From positions 29,514,001-29,574,000 of the forward strand of contig NC_087245.1 of NCBI RefSeq assembly GCF_037042905.1: a stretch of 60,000 nucleotides of DNA. The letters are read 5' to 3'. This DNA comes from Lytechinus pictus (taxonomy: Eukaryota). This document shows, one piece after another, positions 1-13,366 of the stretch (the first letter of the stretch is position 1; every line of letters starts with the position of its first letter). The notes below the pieces were generated by a model that was not told the DNA's origin, did not search any database, and saw nothing but the letters and a program-made list of their open reading frames with translations. A program made the position numbers and the translations under genes.

Positions 1-284
1 TCGATTTTGACACCTTGATTCGAAACTCATTTCGACAGGTAGCAACACGTCCCATAAGACTGACGTAGTTTTTTTTTTCTCTCTTTATTTTTTTCGCTCC
101 CCATCTTATATAACGTTAGGATTTTTTAAAGAGTATTCAATGACTCGAACCAGAGGTGGATAAAATAAGCAGTTTGGATCCAAAGAGATTATACTCTTTT
201 TTTATCTTTTTTTTTTATCCGACCACCGCTAAAATTTTGCTTTAGCGCCATCTATAGTTTCTTCTTGTACATTCGTCCATACCT

Positions 285-298
285 GTTTACATAGCAAC
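285..298. promoter_or_regulatory. RFX X-box-like motif
   Basis: GTTTACATAGCAAC; further TAGCAAC half-sites nearby (~40, ~325-338), reverse YY1-type CCGCCATCTT at ~442-451 and CCAAT at ~527. Confidence 0.45.
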
Positions 299-704
299 CC
301 AGCTGCCAAGCTCGACCCCGATGTTAGCAACTAGCAACGCGTGTAAATGACTGTGTTCAATCTAGCTCGATATAGGATTTCCCTGATCAAAATACAATGC
401 TATCCGTCTCACGTACGTGCATAGCGCCAACTTAATGTGTTCCGCCATCTTGCTTGTTGGTTGCCGATAAAATGCGCATTTTCAGATTTTTTAACGCTCA
501 GTTATTACCCATGACTGAAACATTGACCAATCAAAAACTAAGATTCTATAAGAAATATGAATATTCATATACGAGAGTATAAACATAGATAATTCAATTT
601 TATGTGAAATTTAAACCCAATACTTCAAAATATGGTTAGTTTTATGTCTCTAAAATGACCCTTAAAACCAGAATTTTATTACTAAAAAATAAAGGTTTTC
701 CCAA

Positions 705-718
705 GTTGCCATGGTAAC
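705..718. promoter_or_regulatory. Near-palindromic consensus RFX X-box, 2.7 kb upstream of EFHC1
   Basis: GTTGCCATGGTAAC; RFX regulation is typical of ciliary genes; could be TE-derived. Confidence 0.5.
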
Positions 719-1586
719 GCGGTCTGAGATATAAAAGCTTAGCAAACACTTCATTTCAGTGATCGAGGATGTATTTGTTTACGGTATACGTCTACATAAA
801 TTATAACATTTTTTTCCAGACCATGGATGAACTTTCAAAAAGAGACATTTTAGGCAATTTTTTACGATTTCCGGCAATTTTCTGACACAGGCACCTTGAA
901 GAGGTAATTTTTACAGAATTAGAAGAAGACATCATGGATTTTCCTAATTATCACGACGGATATGCAACTTACTTGTAAACAAATCAAACAAAGTCTATGA
1001 TACATTTTCGATAATGCAAAAAGAGACATTCAAGTCTCTGATTGAGAGCCGCAGATTGAACATTCGCACGGCGCAATGGTAGCGTTTTCGCCGAATTCGT
1101 CGGGGCGAAAACTCCAAGCGAGCCGTACCACTCACCAGTCCCGAACGCTGCGCTGTATGTTTGATGATTTATCTGGTGCCATTTCGTGCTTATAAATTAG
1201 TTTTTTCTACAATGCCACTATCTCATTAAAATTGTTTGTCATGATAACATTGGAAATATTATCGTTTAATGGCCCAAAGGATCGACTGTAATAAAATATA
1301 CTTTGAAATATTGTCAGAGAGTGATTAGTTAGGTGATGTTTATGGTCAGAATTTAGTCATGGCTTCGGTCGAACTTACGCGAACGCGGTCACTTGCTCAC
1401 GGGGCGAGTCGGCCTGGCCCTTTGGTGGAAGGCCGTTAGGCAACGTGCAGTGCAGCTAGAGCAGAGTTGGGGAGTTATAGGTATAAAAACACTTTGAAAT
1501 AAGTAATCTGCAAATATTTTTGTCTTATCCCTTTGGATTACTTAGATAAGAAATTCAAATTCTCAAAGTTTAAATCAAATTTTAGA

Positions 1587-1824
1587 CAGTGACATCAAAG
1601 AGTGTATGGGGGGGGGGGGGGGGTGGGTCTTGCATGCCCCCAATTCACGAACAAGAAAAAAAAAGGATAAGGTAAGAGAATCTTGCGAAATTGTTCAATT
1701 GGATTTTTGTAACCAAAAGTCAAAATTATGCTTATGTCGCTTGCTTGCAACTATATATTTTATAAATTTTGCCTGATACGCCATATCGTAGTACCCTCAA
1801 TTATTTTCACTTGTTACGCCACTG
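1587..1824. mobile_element. Degenerate small non-autonomous DNA transposon (CAGTG...CACTG termini)
   Basis: cagtgacatc ... gttacgccactg ends, internal poly-G run. Confidence 0.4.
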
Positions 1825-3179
1825 ACATGACTGATATAACATCTACTAGTTTATGATAACATTATTTGGTTGCGGGATCAAAGCATCAGCTATATAGCTA
1901 AACATTTATACTTTATGCCTGTTCAACTTCCAATACAGGTTTAGGCCTGTATTTATGAGATGTTAAGATCTATGGGTGCCTTTATTATTTTCATTTTCAA
2001 TTAAAACAATTATTAATTATGTATTAATTTAGTATTAACCTCGATGATACATTTTATTGTGTTAAATCGTACAATTTCTGTTGTATTAACCCCCTTATTA
2101 AGCCCTTTTAAAAACATGCTCACTAGCAGACCCCCCCCCCCATATATAAAGACAATAGAAGTGTATATAGAATTAATTGACCCCCCCCCCTATTGAGGAC
2201 AAAATGAAATAAAATACTCAAAATAATCGACCGCCCCCCCCCCCCCCCTTTGACGAGGCAGCTGTCGGTGGCCTGATGTCTTCATTGACTTCTTTTTGCT
2301 TGTAAAAATAATATTAAAGAAGTAGGGGCTACCGGTACTCTAAGTGTCCCCTGTGAAAATTGATTTGGATCTGCAAGTGCATGAGGCTGCGCCCCCTCCA
2401 ACGTCATAGCTACCCCATATCTTTAGGTTCTAGCTCTCATATTTTTCAGCTCCCTGATTTTTTGGAAAAAAAAAACGAGGCGAAAGAAAAGAGTGAAATA
2501 AATGAAATACGATTAATCAAAATTTGAGTTGTTTGAAAGAATTATACTTATCAGAGAAACTAAAATAAATTCTACAACCATGAAGAATAACAGCAATCTT
2601 GATAAATTCTTTTTTTTTTCAAAATCAGAACCAATCAACCTTTTTCTGATTATTCTGTCACTTTCCATATTTTGGAGAAAAAAATAAAAGTGTTCATCGA
2701 CGCCCTGTACTGCATGATGAAACTGTATCCCCACTCGGCCCTCGTAACCCCCCCCCCTCTCTCTCTCTCTCCCCCCCCCACAATGCCCCTTGCTCATTTC
2801 TCTTATCTCACCTTGACCTTAATTAATTAATCTTAACTATTTGGCGGTACAGTCAAACGTGACTGGTCGCCATCATAGTTTCATCCCCAACAAACAAGGA
2901 ACAAACAATAACAATTCTGTTTTTCGACACAACATCATTCCTTTCAATACGCGTAAGGCTATACGTGGGCATGCACAAACAACGTGGGTTAACAAAAACT
3001 GACCCGCGTTTGGACTGAAATTGTGATTAAAATAAAAATGTTATAAATATGAAAAAAATATGTGTATAATGAAGGAGATTTGATAAACGGAAAAACATCA
3101 ATCGCTAATTCATAAAAATGCTGGAAAAGATTTGACAGAGGTTTTTAACAACGGTAATCAAGGGGAATTAGTGTATGGG

Positions 3180-3383
3180 TGAATGGCGTTCGAGTTTTAG
3201 CCGAGCGTTAGCCGGTGAGGGCGCGGGCCAAATCTGGCAATATGGCGGCGTCCATTAAGCTGACGTTAGCCAGCGGCGACTGCACGTACGTGGTCTAGCT
3301 ACGCGTGTGTGTTTCGTGTTTTTCGTGATTGATAATACACAGGCAACAACTGGAGTCTAGTTAAAGTGTGAAACAATTTCAAT
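3180..3383 (+). promoter_or_regulatory. CpG-rich EFHC1 promoter/5' UTR
   Basis: Local CpG enrichment and AATATGGCGGC YY1-type motif at ~3239-3249, immediately upstream of the ATG. Confidence 0.6.
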
Positions 3384-3428
3384 ATGGCTCTCCCTTTTCT
3401 ACCGGGAAATACCTTTACAGACCCAACG
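3384..3428 (+). CDS. EFHC1: EFHC1 coding exon 1
   Basis: [15 protein letters not shown] then gtaagt; not in ORF track frame. Confidence 0.92.
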
Positions 3429-6400
3429 GTAAGTGCAAATTTGCTGAACATTTGAAGCTCGAAAATAGAGATGTGGATTTGATGACAATAAAGAAGAGTT
3501 GGACCGAGACAGTGTCTCTTTTCATTTCATTCGTCAGACAGAGTCAGACTCTGATTTGAATGCATGAACATGATCATTGAACGCAGTCATGAACACTGGT
3601 CTAATGTTATGCTAATTTGTTTTGTTATTCATAGTAATCATAGTGATAAAGTAACAAGTAGATTCTGAGTTCTGACATTTAACATTGTCATGGCCTTCCT
3701 GTTAAATTTTTCAATCAAATTTTGTACTCGTGACTTGTGAAGTGTGTCTGTGCGTTTGTTTGGCCTTGGGACAACCAACATTAACGATGATGGGACGAAA
3801 AAAATGCTAATTGATCATCATATTTTAAACAAAATTAAAGTTGGATCTCAATCAATGTTATTGACTATTGTTAACTAACATCAAATAGAGTAGACCTCTA
3901 TTGATCTAGGCCCCCTAACGTTAGATCTATTTCTAAAAAATTAGTAAAATGTAGAGTGCAGCCTCGTCCATGACCATGTCGTAAGTTTCGGCCCAAATAT
4001 ACACTCACACTTAATGATCGGGGCCCCCATGACATGTCTGCCCACCTAAGTAGACACAATTTAACTAAAGATTAAAACCTGAATTTCTTTTTATTTTCAG
4101 AAAATTTTAGTTGAAAATGTTTATTATAATTTATATTCTTATAGGCCTAATGTAAAAGTAAGTGTGCCAAATACATGTAGGCCTATCTCATTAAAAAATT
4201 TGGAGAAATAGCTAACGTTAGGCCTAGACCATATGGTTTTCCTTTGTAGATCTATTTATAATTGTGTTTGAATCTACATGAAGATCTTCATGTATTTGTC
4301 TTTTCATGAAAATTTGAAAATGAATTTAATGACATTGTTATAAGCCTTTGCTCATGGCCCTTATTGACATTCTTAGCTTAGCCTGCCTGGTCAAACCACT
4401 GCACTGGTCTGATGCCTGACAATTTATGCAACAAGGTGCAAGCAGCCCTGCTGGGATATTTGGCTGATAATAATTGACAATGTTATTTATTCCATTTTTT
4501 GGCCCAACCTTCCTGCCATGGGGCCTGCTACGAATGTCAATTGCTTGCTTGTCCTTGCGTTAAAATGCCTGTATAAAATCATGATGCGGGTTAGTATGGT
4601 GATCAAGTCTAGTGGCAGTGCACGGCCGTATCATTATTAATCATTCTTATCATTAATCCCTTCAGCAACGCAAGTATCACAGATCCCAATCCCTCGGCTA
4701 CAAAAATGGATATGCCCTGCCTGCAAGGCCAGAGGTCGGCATCGGAGGCGAACCATTGGAAGTCAATCAACTCACTCTTTCAGAATTAGATGAACTGAAC
4801 AACAAAAGACCAACACTGACATATGGACAGGCTAAGCAAGCACCACCAGAAGATTTTATCCCTGCACATGTAGCTTTTGATAAAAAGGTTAGTTTGGCTG
4901 TAAATTTATTTACACTGCTGTATCAATAATGATACACCTTGATTAATATTTTTTTTTACAAGTTCCATAGAGTCAAACTGTTCATCGTTTGAAGGGTAAG
5001 TCCACCTCAACAAGCATAAATTAAAATCATATTTTCTGTTGGAATGAACATCATCCCCTTTAAACAAGTTTGAATTTGTAGTTATCCCTCTGTTTCTCAG
5101 GTCTATTTATGATTTCTGTTGTTCATTAATTTTATAAGAGGGTCCTCATGTTACTGGAACATGTAGCCTACATTTATCAAATGTTATGATGAATTCTTTT
5201 TCTTTTGATCAAACAAAATTGAATGGAAACTACTAAGTATTAAATTTGTTGGAATTTCAGAATATAATGTTTGATACCTACAGGCATTACATGACAATTG
5301 TTATCAGGTTGCTCTTTGTTGATGAGTTTGTAAAATACAGCTGATGTACATCAATATTTTAGGATAATTTATGTTGTATCAATCTGTTTAGGATTGGGAT
5401 GAATATTAAGAAAAAATAGTAAAAACAATGAACAAAGTTCATTCAGTGGACAGTAAACAATTGCATTTATTTATATAATGTCACTAATTTATCTCTGCTG
5501 ATTAAAAAAAAAGAAAAAAGGAAGTACTTGCGCTTTTCACATTGCTTTTGAGTGGCTTTCGATTACTGGGAACACTTGATCAGTTATTCTCTCTCGCTCT
5601 CTCATTTATGTCTTTCTCCTTTTCTCTGCTCATCTCTGTCTCCATTCCTCAACCCTTTTCTCTCTTTGAAGTCAAAATGTTCCTTTTGTACTTTTAATGG
5701 GAAGGATTTATAGAAAATAATTCATCTTACTTTTTTTGTTAGCATACATTTTATCTTCAAAGGAAAGTGAGAACTGAGAAGTGTATTGAAATAATTGCAC
5801 ACATGGAATATTTCCTTTCTAGGTACTGAAATTCAACGCATTCTACAAGCAAACCGTCCATGAGTCACCCAGCGAATACTACCGCGTCCGTCCCGTCATC
5901 ATCTACTACTACCTGGAAGACGACAGCATCTCCGTCATCGAACCCCACATAGAGAACAGTGGCATGCCCCAGGGCAAGCTGATCAAACGCATGAGGTTGC
6001 CCAAGAACGACCAAGGCGACCACTGGCACTGGAAGGACCTCAATCTCGACATCCAGGTCACGTTTTACGGCAAGGTTTTCCAGATCACAGGCTGTGATAA
6101 GTGGACAGCGGTAAGCCATCTTTCTCTTGATTGTCCTACATGGGGCCTCTTCCACAAGACTTGTCTTTGAGCACAAGTACAGTAGAGGGGAAATGAAGCA
6201 CAGTTTCATTGACAGCTAATCAGTGTTCACAACAGAGGAATAAAATTACATGGGGGCTCCCCCTAATTTGCCCTTAAAATCTCCAAAAGAGCATTAAAAT
6301 CAGCCCTAAGCAAATTTTGTTGTTGTTTTTTGTTTGTTTTTAATGGGATGGGCAGAGCTGCCAGATAGTAGGATTATCCTGTTTAGTATGATTTTTAAGG

Positions 6401-9400
6401 GAGAAGTGACACTAAATAGGATTTTATAGGATATTTGAAACTTGATGGTGTTAGTATGTTTTTCAAAAATTTTAAAGAAAATATGATTAAAAGAATTTTT
6501 TTTCTTCAAAATTAATGTCGCCTGCTGTTAATGGGAAACTAATCTCAATCCCAATCTATTTATGGTATGCATATTGAAGGGGATTTTTTCTTTACACTAA
6601 AATGGTTTTCGGGGTTTTCTTCTCATTGTAGGAATACATGGCAATGGAAGGGATTGAGCTGAATGCCCCTGCACCTACCCCTGCAGATCCCCACACAGAG
6701 TCTCGCAAGGAGAAGTCTGCCATTGAGGCATTCACCACACCCAGTACGTTCGACAAACTCAAGCAGTTCTTGGAACTCGATCGGAAGGTAGGGTAACACT
6801 GTGTGCGAAGTCTCAATGCCACATTTGATCTTATCCAAATGTTGTTTGAATATTATTAATATTATTACTATTATTATCATCATCTTCATCATCATAATCA
6901 TCATTGGTAGTGTGTCATTAAGCATTCAGCAAAATCAAGATTGTACCAAAGAAATAGATAGAATAATAGATATAAAATAATTGGATCTACTTTATAAACA
7001 TCAAGGTTTTCCCCAATTATCAGAAATGGTGCAAGCATCTAAACTTATAAATTGATAACTTTGATCATTTTCATACTTGATCCTCAGGTTCTGCGTTTTT
7101 TCTGTGTTTGGGATGATCGAAGCAGCATGTTTGGTGAGCAACGACCTTACATCATACAGTACTACCTCGTTGACGATACAGTGGAGGTCAGAGAGGTCCA
7201 CGAACCCAACGACGGCCGAGATCCTTTCCCGCTGTTCCTCAAGAAACAAAGAGTTCCAAAAGACCGTGACAATGTTGACTGTAAGTTTCACTCAAGTCAG
7301 CTATGCATTGTGTCAGATTTGCTATTATGTACTGCTCCCAGTTTCATTTTGAAATGAAATTTGCAGAATTTTTATGCTAGTAATCTGACTTGACATTTCC
7401 TTTTGTTTTAGATTTTTAGTTGGGTTCAAAGCAATGCCTGTTTCTGAAAGAAAAAATGATGTGAGGAGGAATTATAACTGTATTGAAATCCTGAATATTA
7501 AACATAAGCTACATATTAATTGGGTGCATATGGAGAAAGTGGGTAGGAAAATATTGATTCTCGTGTAATTACTTTTTTGCAAATTGGCTTAAGAAAGCTG
7601 TTTTAGCTTTATGTGTTGATGTAGCAATGAACATGAATCATTTTCACTTCGCATGCACTTTCAAATTAAGAAATGATAAATTGTGATACTTCAACTTTTG
7701 ACTATCATATTATTCATTCTCTTCCATATTTTCTCTCACAGCCTCTTTCCGTGCAGTGGTTATGGAGCTTTCGAACCATGAAATCAAGAACTGGTACAGC
7801 CCTCCAGACTTTGGCATTGGCAAGACGGTTTACATCTACAACAGGCCATTCCTCATCTACGATGCTGATGCTTTCACAAAGCAATACATGGAACAGCTTG
7901 GTGTCTCTCAGTCAGGCCCTGTTCAGGTCTCTATGGAAGCCAGAAAGCTCGCCAAGATGGTAAGAGTCTGACAATGTTTTAATATTTCTAAGGCCGGTAC
8001 TCAATTCAGTACTTAAGCCAAGTATTTTACTCAGCATTCTGATTCAGTAAACTACGTAGCCATCTTTGCGAGAGACACGATTCCAATTGATTTCCCAGGT
8101 CAATTTTTCCATGGAGGTCAAGTTTTCCTTGGAGGTCATATTGTCCTTGGAGCACCCACTTCTAGGATCTTACAAATTAATTTTTATCATAAGCTGCACA
8201 TTGGACATCATAGCATTTATTAATAATTACTCAAATGCTTTCATTCACATTTGTCTTAGCAGCGTTTCATAGCAGAAATAACCAGTAGTGTCCAGAATTT
8301 AATAATTGCATATTCACTTGTCATCAAAGTGCTAGGCTGTATCAAGTTCTGGCCAAATATCTGGACATTTAGTTGTACTTGTAGATGATGGACACAAAAG
8401 AAGAAGATCAAAGAGATGTTCTTATATTTTATCTTTTGATTCTTTGACACAGGACTTGCCGCCTTACAATGGCTTTGGGTCCTATGAAGATTCCCTGCAG
8501 TCCTGCCTGTCACTGGTCCCCCAGCCACCCAAGAAAGACTTCATCAAGATGCTGGAGAACGATCATAAGATCCTTCGATTTGAAGCCGTCATGGTAAGTT
8601 CATCATCCCGCAATACAGTGTCAAGAAGATTTGACATGGCAGGGTATTTCAAGAAAACAAAAATTTCCTGAATTTCCTTGATGAGGTCTCAAACTCCATG
8701 ATAATCATTCCAATTCCTTTCCAATTTCAAATGTTTTCTTTGATGTTGCAGTGAACTATTTGCAGTATGAAACACTGTTTGGCTACTTTTGACTGTTAGG
8801 CCAGTCAAAATTACATGACTCTTCCCTGATTTTTTATTTTCATTTTTATCATATCCCCTGACTTTTCCATGACTGGAAAAAGGGAAAGATAATTTCACCT
8901 GATTTCCCAAGGGGGCTGGGAACCCTTTTTTAGTGATGATCCTGAAATCAATTATTGTTTTGAAAAAGGAATAATTTCAATATTTTGATCTGTCTGAGAG
9001 TTATTCTGTATCATACATTTAAGACAATCAATACACCCTATTTTTTTCCATGCAAAATTGTCGGGTGTAAAAAAAAATAATTTCTCCTTTGTAATCGACC
9101 AGATTTTTAGGATATACTTTAGAGATTAAAGAAAAATATAATTGCTTAAATGTTTGTATCATTGTTGCGGGCTTCTCTTGCGATTTTGATCTCTATGTGG
9201 TTATGATCTTTTGCTTTTTTTCTTCTGCGCTTTTTAGGACTCTGTGCGACCTGAGGACAAAGGTCGTCGGTTCATCATCAGTTATCGTCTGGCTGATGAT
9301 ATGATCAAAATCTTTGAGCCCCCTGTCCGTAACTCCGGAATCATCAGCGGTACATTCCTTGAGAGAACGAGAGTGACCAAGCCTGGTTCAACACCTGAGA

Positions 9401-11467
9401 ATCCACAGTTCTACGGCCCACAGGTTAGTACTGGTTACTGAACCATGTTCTAAACTCTGGTTTACCATAAACCATGGTCTAAATCTGGGCTTAAGTTATG
9501 GAAAGCTGGAAATGTAAAAAATATGAAAGTTTGACACTATTTCATTTTGTTCTATTTCGAAGCTGAAATGGTGTAGAAAACTTAATATTTTATTTATCAT
9601 TCCAAAACAGTTTTAAATAAAGCAAGCACCAAATGTGCTGTCAAATAGAATCATTACCATTTAACATTTTCATCTCCACTGGTTATCCATAGTCAAAAAA
9701 CAAATTTAGACTAGAGTTTGGATTTAAGCCTGATTTTTTGATAAATTTTATATGCCATTTGTTGTTCAATGTACTGCATAATTTGTTTGAGTGTGCATTG
9801 TGGATTCCGAAATTTGTTGGATTTTTTATTGAAATTCTGAACAATCAATCATATCTAGTAGGGGGAGATGAAATCCCCTAGTATATATTTTCCAAGCAAG
9901 ATTAAGTATAATTATTTTATTTAGGGCCTATGCATGACTTAATAAGATTTACTTTTCACAATACTGTACAAGCTACAATGACTTTGGGTACCCAAGCAGC
10001 TACCCATTAAGCACCTGGGTGGAGAGTGATTCCTTGCCAAATACTTGGTATCATTTTATTGCAACTAAGTTTTTTATCTTTTCTACTTGTCATTGTTTAG
10101 GACCTGACCATTGGATCTTGTCTAGAGGTGTTTAGTCATCGGTTCATCATCACCGATGCTGACGACTACGTACTTCACTACCTGGAGGCCCATAAGCAAG
10201 ACTTTCCAGGCTGTGACAAGACTATCCATAGCATCCAAGCCACCAGGTCCATGGGCCTGCCTTCCAAACCATTAACGTTAGCATCACAAAAGGGCGCCCC
10301 CATGATTGTCAAGAGATCGTAAGTGACGTTCTTACTCTATACCAATGCAGAGTTGTGTACACAAAAATTATACCTTGATATGAAATAATGAATTGGGTTG
10401 AAAATTGGAAATGTCATCTGGCCCAGAGCAATTGAAAATTATAAATGTCTATTGTACATTTTTTTTCATTAGGATACATTGTAAGTCTGGCCAATAAAGG
10501 TATCAAGAAAAATTGTAATATACAAAATATAGTGTCACTGCATAATTTTCTTCTTTATTGCAAAATCTAGCAACAGAGTGTTATGTTTTGGGCGTTCCAT
10601 AGTTAAACGTGTTGCAGGTAATTCGCCCCTGCATGTAAACGTTTGAGCCACGATTCAATGTGTTTAAGTTACACTACAACATCCTTTATTGAGTTCCCAG
10701 ACTCTATACAGAGCATCAATTTTAAATGGGATGTGAGGACTCAAATACAAATTTGGGTAACCTAGAATTGTTTGATCTTGTCTCTAGAAAGTAATAAGTA
10801 TTTATATGAGTTCTCAAATAAAGCAATATGTTTTGAGGTTAGCTGTTCATTATCCAAATGTCCGATATTATGACGACATTTACTGAATGTCCCCTTCCCA
10901 GGCCGAATGACCTGAAACAGCTCTTAGCAGAGGTCAAGTCTCAACTCCGCAAGGACAACTACATCAACTTCACCTCTTTGACAGAAGCCTTCTTACGATA
11001 CGACCGTGACCGTTCAGGAAACATTGATGTGAATGAGCTCAAGGTCGCCTGCCACAAGCAGAATCTACCCCTAGATGATGATGTCATGCAAGCGGTAAGT
11101 ATCTCTTTTATCAAGATTCCAAAGCTTTCAAAAATGACATGACACATGGCTCAGCATTATGTTCTGTACAGTCCATCAGGTTTTTACAAATCTACTTGTT
11201 TCAAAGTCAGGTGTTCGAATAGAAAACCATATATTTTGATATGAGGAAATGTCTCAAATAACATCTTTTATCAAAGATTATTGTATTTGACTTGTACCTC
11301 TCATTTTCAATGTGTGATACTATGATGTTTTCATGTGTGGTGGTTTCTAGTTGGTGATTACAAAGTATTTCATTTTTTCCCTTTTTTTACAGTTGATTGA
11401 AGAATGTGGAGACGAATACGGTAGAATCAGCCATGCGGAATTCATGAAGTTCTTAACGTGGGACTAA
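3384..11467 (+). CDS. EFHC1: EF-hand domain-containing protein 1 (Rib72-type microtubule inner protein; 3 DM10 domains + EF-hand); whole gene, 11 coding exons, 1935 nt, 644 aa
   Basis: Spliced translation [31 protein letters not shown]...[15 protein letters not shown]...YYYLEDD...DGRDPFP...PPYNGFGS matches EFHC1 as I recall it; all GT/AG with consistent phases. Confidence 0.96.
4666..4887 (+). CDS. EFHC1: EFHC1 exon 2
   Basis: ttcag|[16 protein letters not shown]...PAHVAFDKK|gttagt. Confidence 0.95.
5823..6110 (+). CDS. EFHC1: EFHC1 exon 3 (DM10-1)
   Basis: ctag|VLKFNAFY...[14 protein letters not shown]...GCDKWTA|gtaagc. Confidence 0.95.
6632..6787 (+). CDS. EFHC1: EFHC1 exon 4
   Basis: gtag|[11 protein letters not shown]...[13 protein letters not shown]|gtaggg. 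Confidence 0.94.
7088..7280 (+). CDS. EFHC1: EFHC1 exon 5 (DM10-2)
   Basis: tcag|[10 protein letters not shown]...NDGRDPFP...DNVD|gtaagt, phase 1. Confidence 0.95.
7742..7959 (+). CDS. EFHC1: EFHC1 exon 6
   Basis: acag|[10 protein letters not shown]...[11 protein letters not shown]...LAKM|gtaaga. Confidence 0.94.
8453..8593 (+). CDS. EFHC1: EFHC1 exon 7
   Basis: acag|[18 protein letters not shown]...LRFEAVM|gtaagt. Confidence 0.95.
9238..9423 (+). CDS. EFHC1: EFHC1 exon 8 (DM10-3)
   Basis: ttag|[21 protein letters not shown]...FYGPQ|gttagt. Confidence 0.94.
10101..10318 (+). CDS. EFHC1: EFHC1 exon 9
   Basis: ttag|[24 protein letters not shown]...VKR|gtaagt, phase 2. Confidence 0.92.
10902..11094 (+). 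CDS. EFHC1: EFHC1 exon 10 (EF-hand)
   Basis: ccag|PNDLKQ...[14 protein letters not shown]...VMQA|gtaagt. Confidence 0.92.
11393..11467 (+). CDS. EFHC1: EFHC1 terminal coding exon 11
   Basis: acag|[27 protein letters not shown]. Confidence 0.9.
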   Translation: MIEECGDEYGRISHAEFMKFLTWD

Positions 11468-12782
11468 GGACAACAAGCAGTGAAGGAAAATGCGACAGTC
11501 TACCGATTTTGCCCCAAACCAGACAAGTCAATCAATTCTTGAATCTGAACAAAAAGCAGTTTTGACTGATTGTTTGCAAATCTCAAATGGTTGATCCGTA
11601 GGAGAAACATTTCATATTGTGATAGCAGAAAAGCCAAAGCTAGATTTCCCCGGATTCCATTCTATAATATTTTTTTTTTCAAATTTGTTGGCAAAGAGAA
11701 AAGGTGAAAATTGGATTGAAATTCTATAATTGGGACGATTAAAAGAAATAGCTGTGTAGACAACAATATAGACATAGGAAGGAAGTGGTTTTACTTTTTT
11801 AGCTGCATGTTATTATGTACTACATGAATTCATTTCGTCATGTGCAGTTTCATTCCTTCCAAAATTCATCCGTGGAGCATCTAACACACAGCAACCGTTT
11901 TTCTTTGGAGCTGCCTAAAGCTCATAAATTTTAGAATCTGCGTCTTAAATACTCGCACTATGCATCTGCACTGCTGACTAACAGTGTACAATATATGCTG
12001 AAATTGAAAATCTGTTCTTTTACTGCATGAAATAAAATCCGTCCTATCACAGATTGTGTCTTTGGCGTATTCTCAGTAGTTGTGTAGCAATAATTATCTT
12101 CTCCTATGATGCAATGTGATAACTGACAACGTTGAAGTGTCAGAATTAGACATTATGCTAGCCTTGATGAATTCCATCCATTTCTAATTCAATATGTATT
12201 TCTATTTTCTATTAATATGCTGTTTATAAGAAAACTATGCACTGAAATGCACCTTTGGGGTGGGAGGGGGTGAGGCCTATTGTTGTACACGTGCATGACC
12301 ATGTGATTTCAAAACCTTGGGTTTTATTTGATCTTCAGATTAGTACTTTATTCACATGTTCCCTGCACATGCTACTTTTATTAAGTTACCCCCCCCCCCT
12401 GCCAAGATGGATCAACCCGAATAAACTTATATTGGATGCTAGGGCACTCAAATATATTTTGAAAGAGGTGTGCCTCGTGAATCCCTGGAATATGGGTCTA
12501 AGTACATGTATACCCTTAATGCAGCAAAGCAATGGACACAAACTAACAGGCATTAAAGGTCACATGAAAGTTGACTTTTTCTCTTTGGGGGTAAAGATAC
12601 CCAAAATTCAGCAAAGCAACAGGCAAAAAATACTCTCCTTTTAATACCTTTTACCTGTTTAGTTGTATGTATGAACAGCAGTAGAGATGAACCCCACCCT
12701 TTTGGGCCTTTAATTTACAAATGAGATTATATAGTGCAACTTTAATTCAATATACGGAATAAACATGAAAAGAATTGTAAGT

Positions 12783-12969
12783 CAGGTGGATGTTTCATAA
12801 CGCTGTTTGTAAGTTACGGTCGACTTTTACGAACGACGGGTGATCTTTTCATAGGAACGTAATTGACACCAATGAAAATCAGTGCACACAATTTACCACA
12901 AAGAAAGAATCACCATTTGCTCGTAAAGTTGCTTGTAACTTACTAACAGCTTTATGAAACTCCCACCTG
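12783..12969. mobile_element. Small MITE
   Basis: Imperfect TIRs caggtggatgtttcataacgctg / cagctttatgaaactcccacctg. Confidence 0.6.
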
Positions 12970-13360
12970 GTTATCTTTTTATGCACCCTTTTGCAATTAT
13001 TTCTAGTAGTTAGTTATACATCATAAAATAATAAATAGGGAGGAAAAGAAATACCATTTCCATAGCATGTAGCATGTACTATTTGTAAATAAAATGTGAG
13101 AACACTTGCTATTTACTTTGTAACTTATTATGCATCTGAGCATCTGGTGTAAAAAGTGATCCAGTTTTTCACAGACATTGTACAGAAATAAAGACATTTT
13201 CCCATGTGACTATTAATGCATCATTTCTTATTTCTATGAAATATATATCTATTCATATCTATTAGCCTATCAGTTCACTTCTTTGTCAAAGAAGTGTTAG
13301 TAATTCTATTTTGTTAATATTTAAAATGACTGTACATTCGATTTGAGATATATTGCTATC

Positions 13361-13366
13361 AATAAA
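13361..13366 (+). terminator. Candidate distal polyadenylation signal of EFHC1
   Basis: AATAAA followed by GT/T-rich tract; other AATAAA at ~12031, 12758, 13030, 13088, 13187. Confidence 0.4.

Noticed and set aside
1..480. Naming the putative divergent gene (e.g. MCM3, near EFHC1 in human)
   Set aside because: No recognisable coding sequence; the ATG in the YY1 motif gives only a short closed ORF
5865..8528. Minus-strand ORFs over EFHC1 exons
   Set aside because: Antisense shadows of real coding exons
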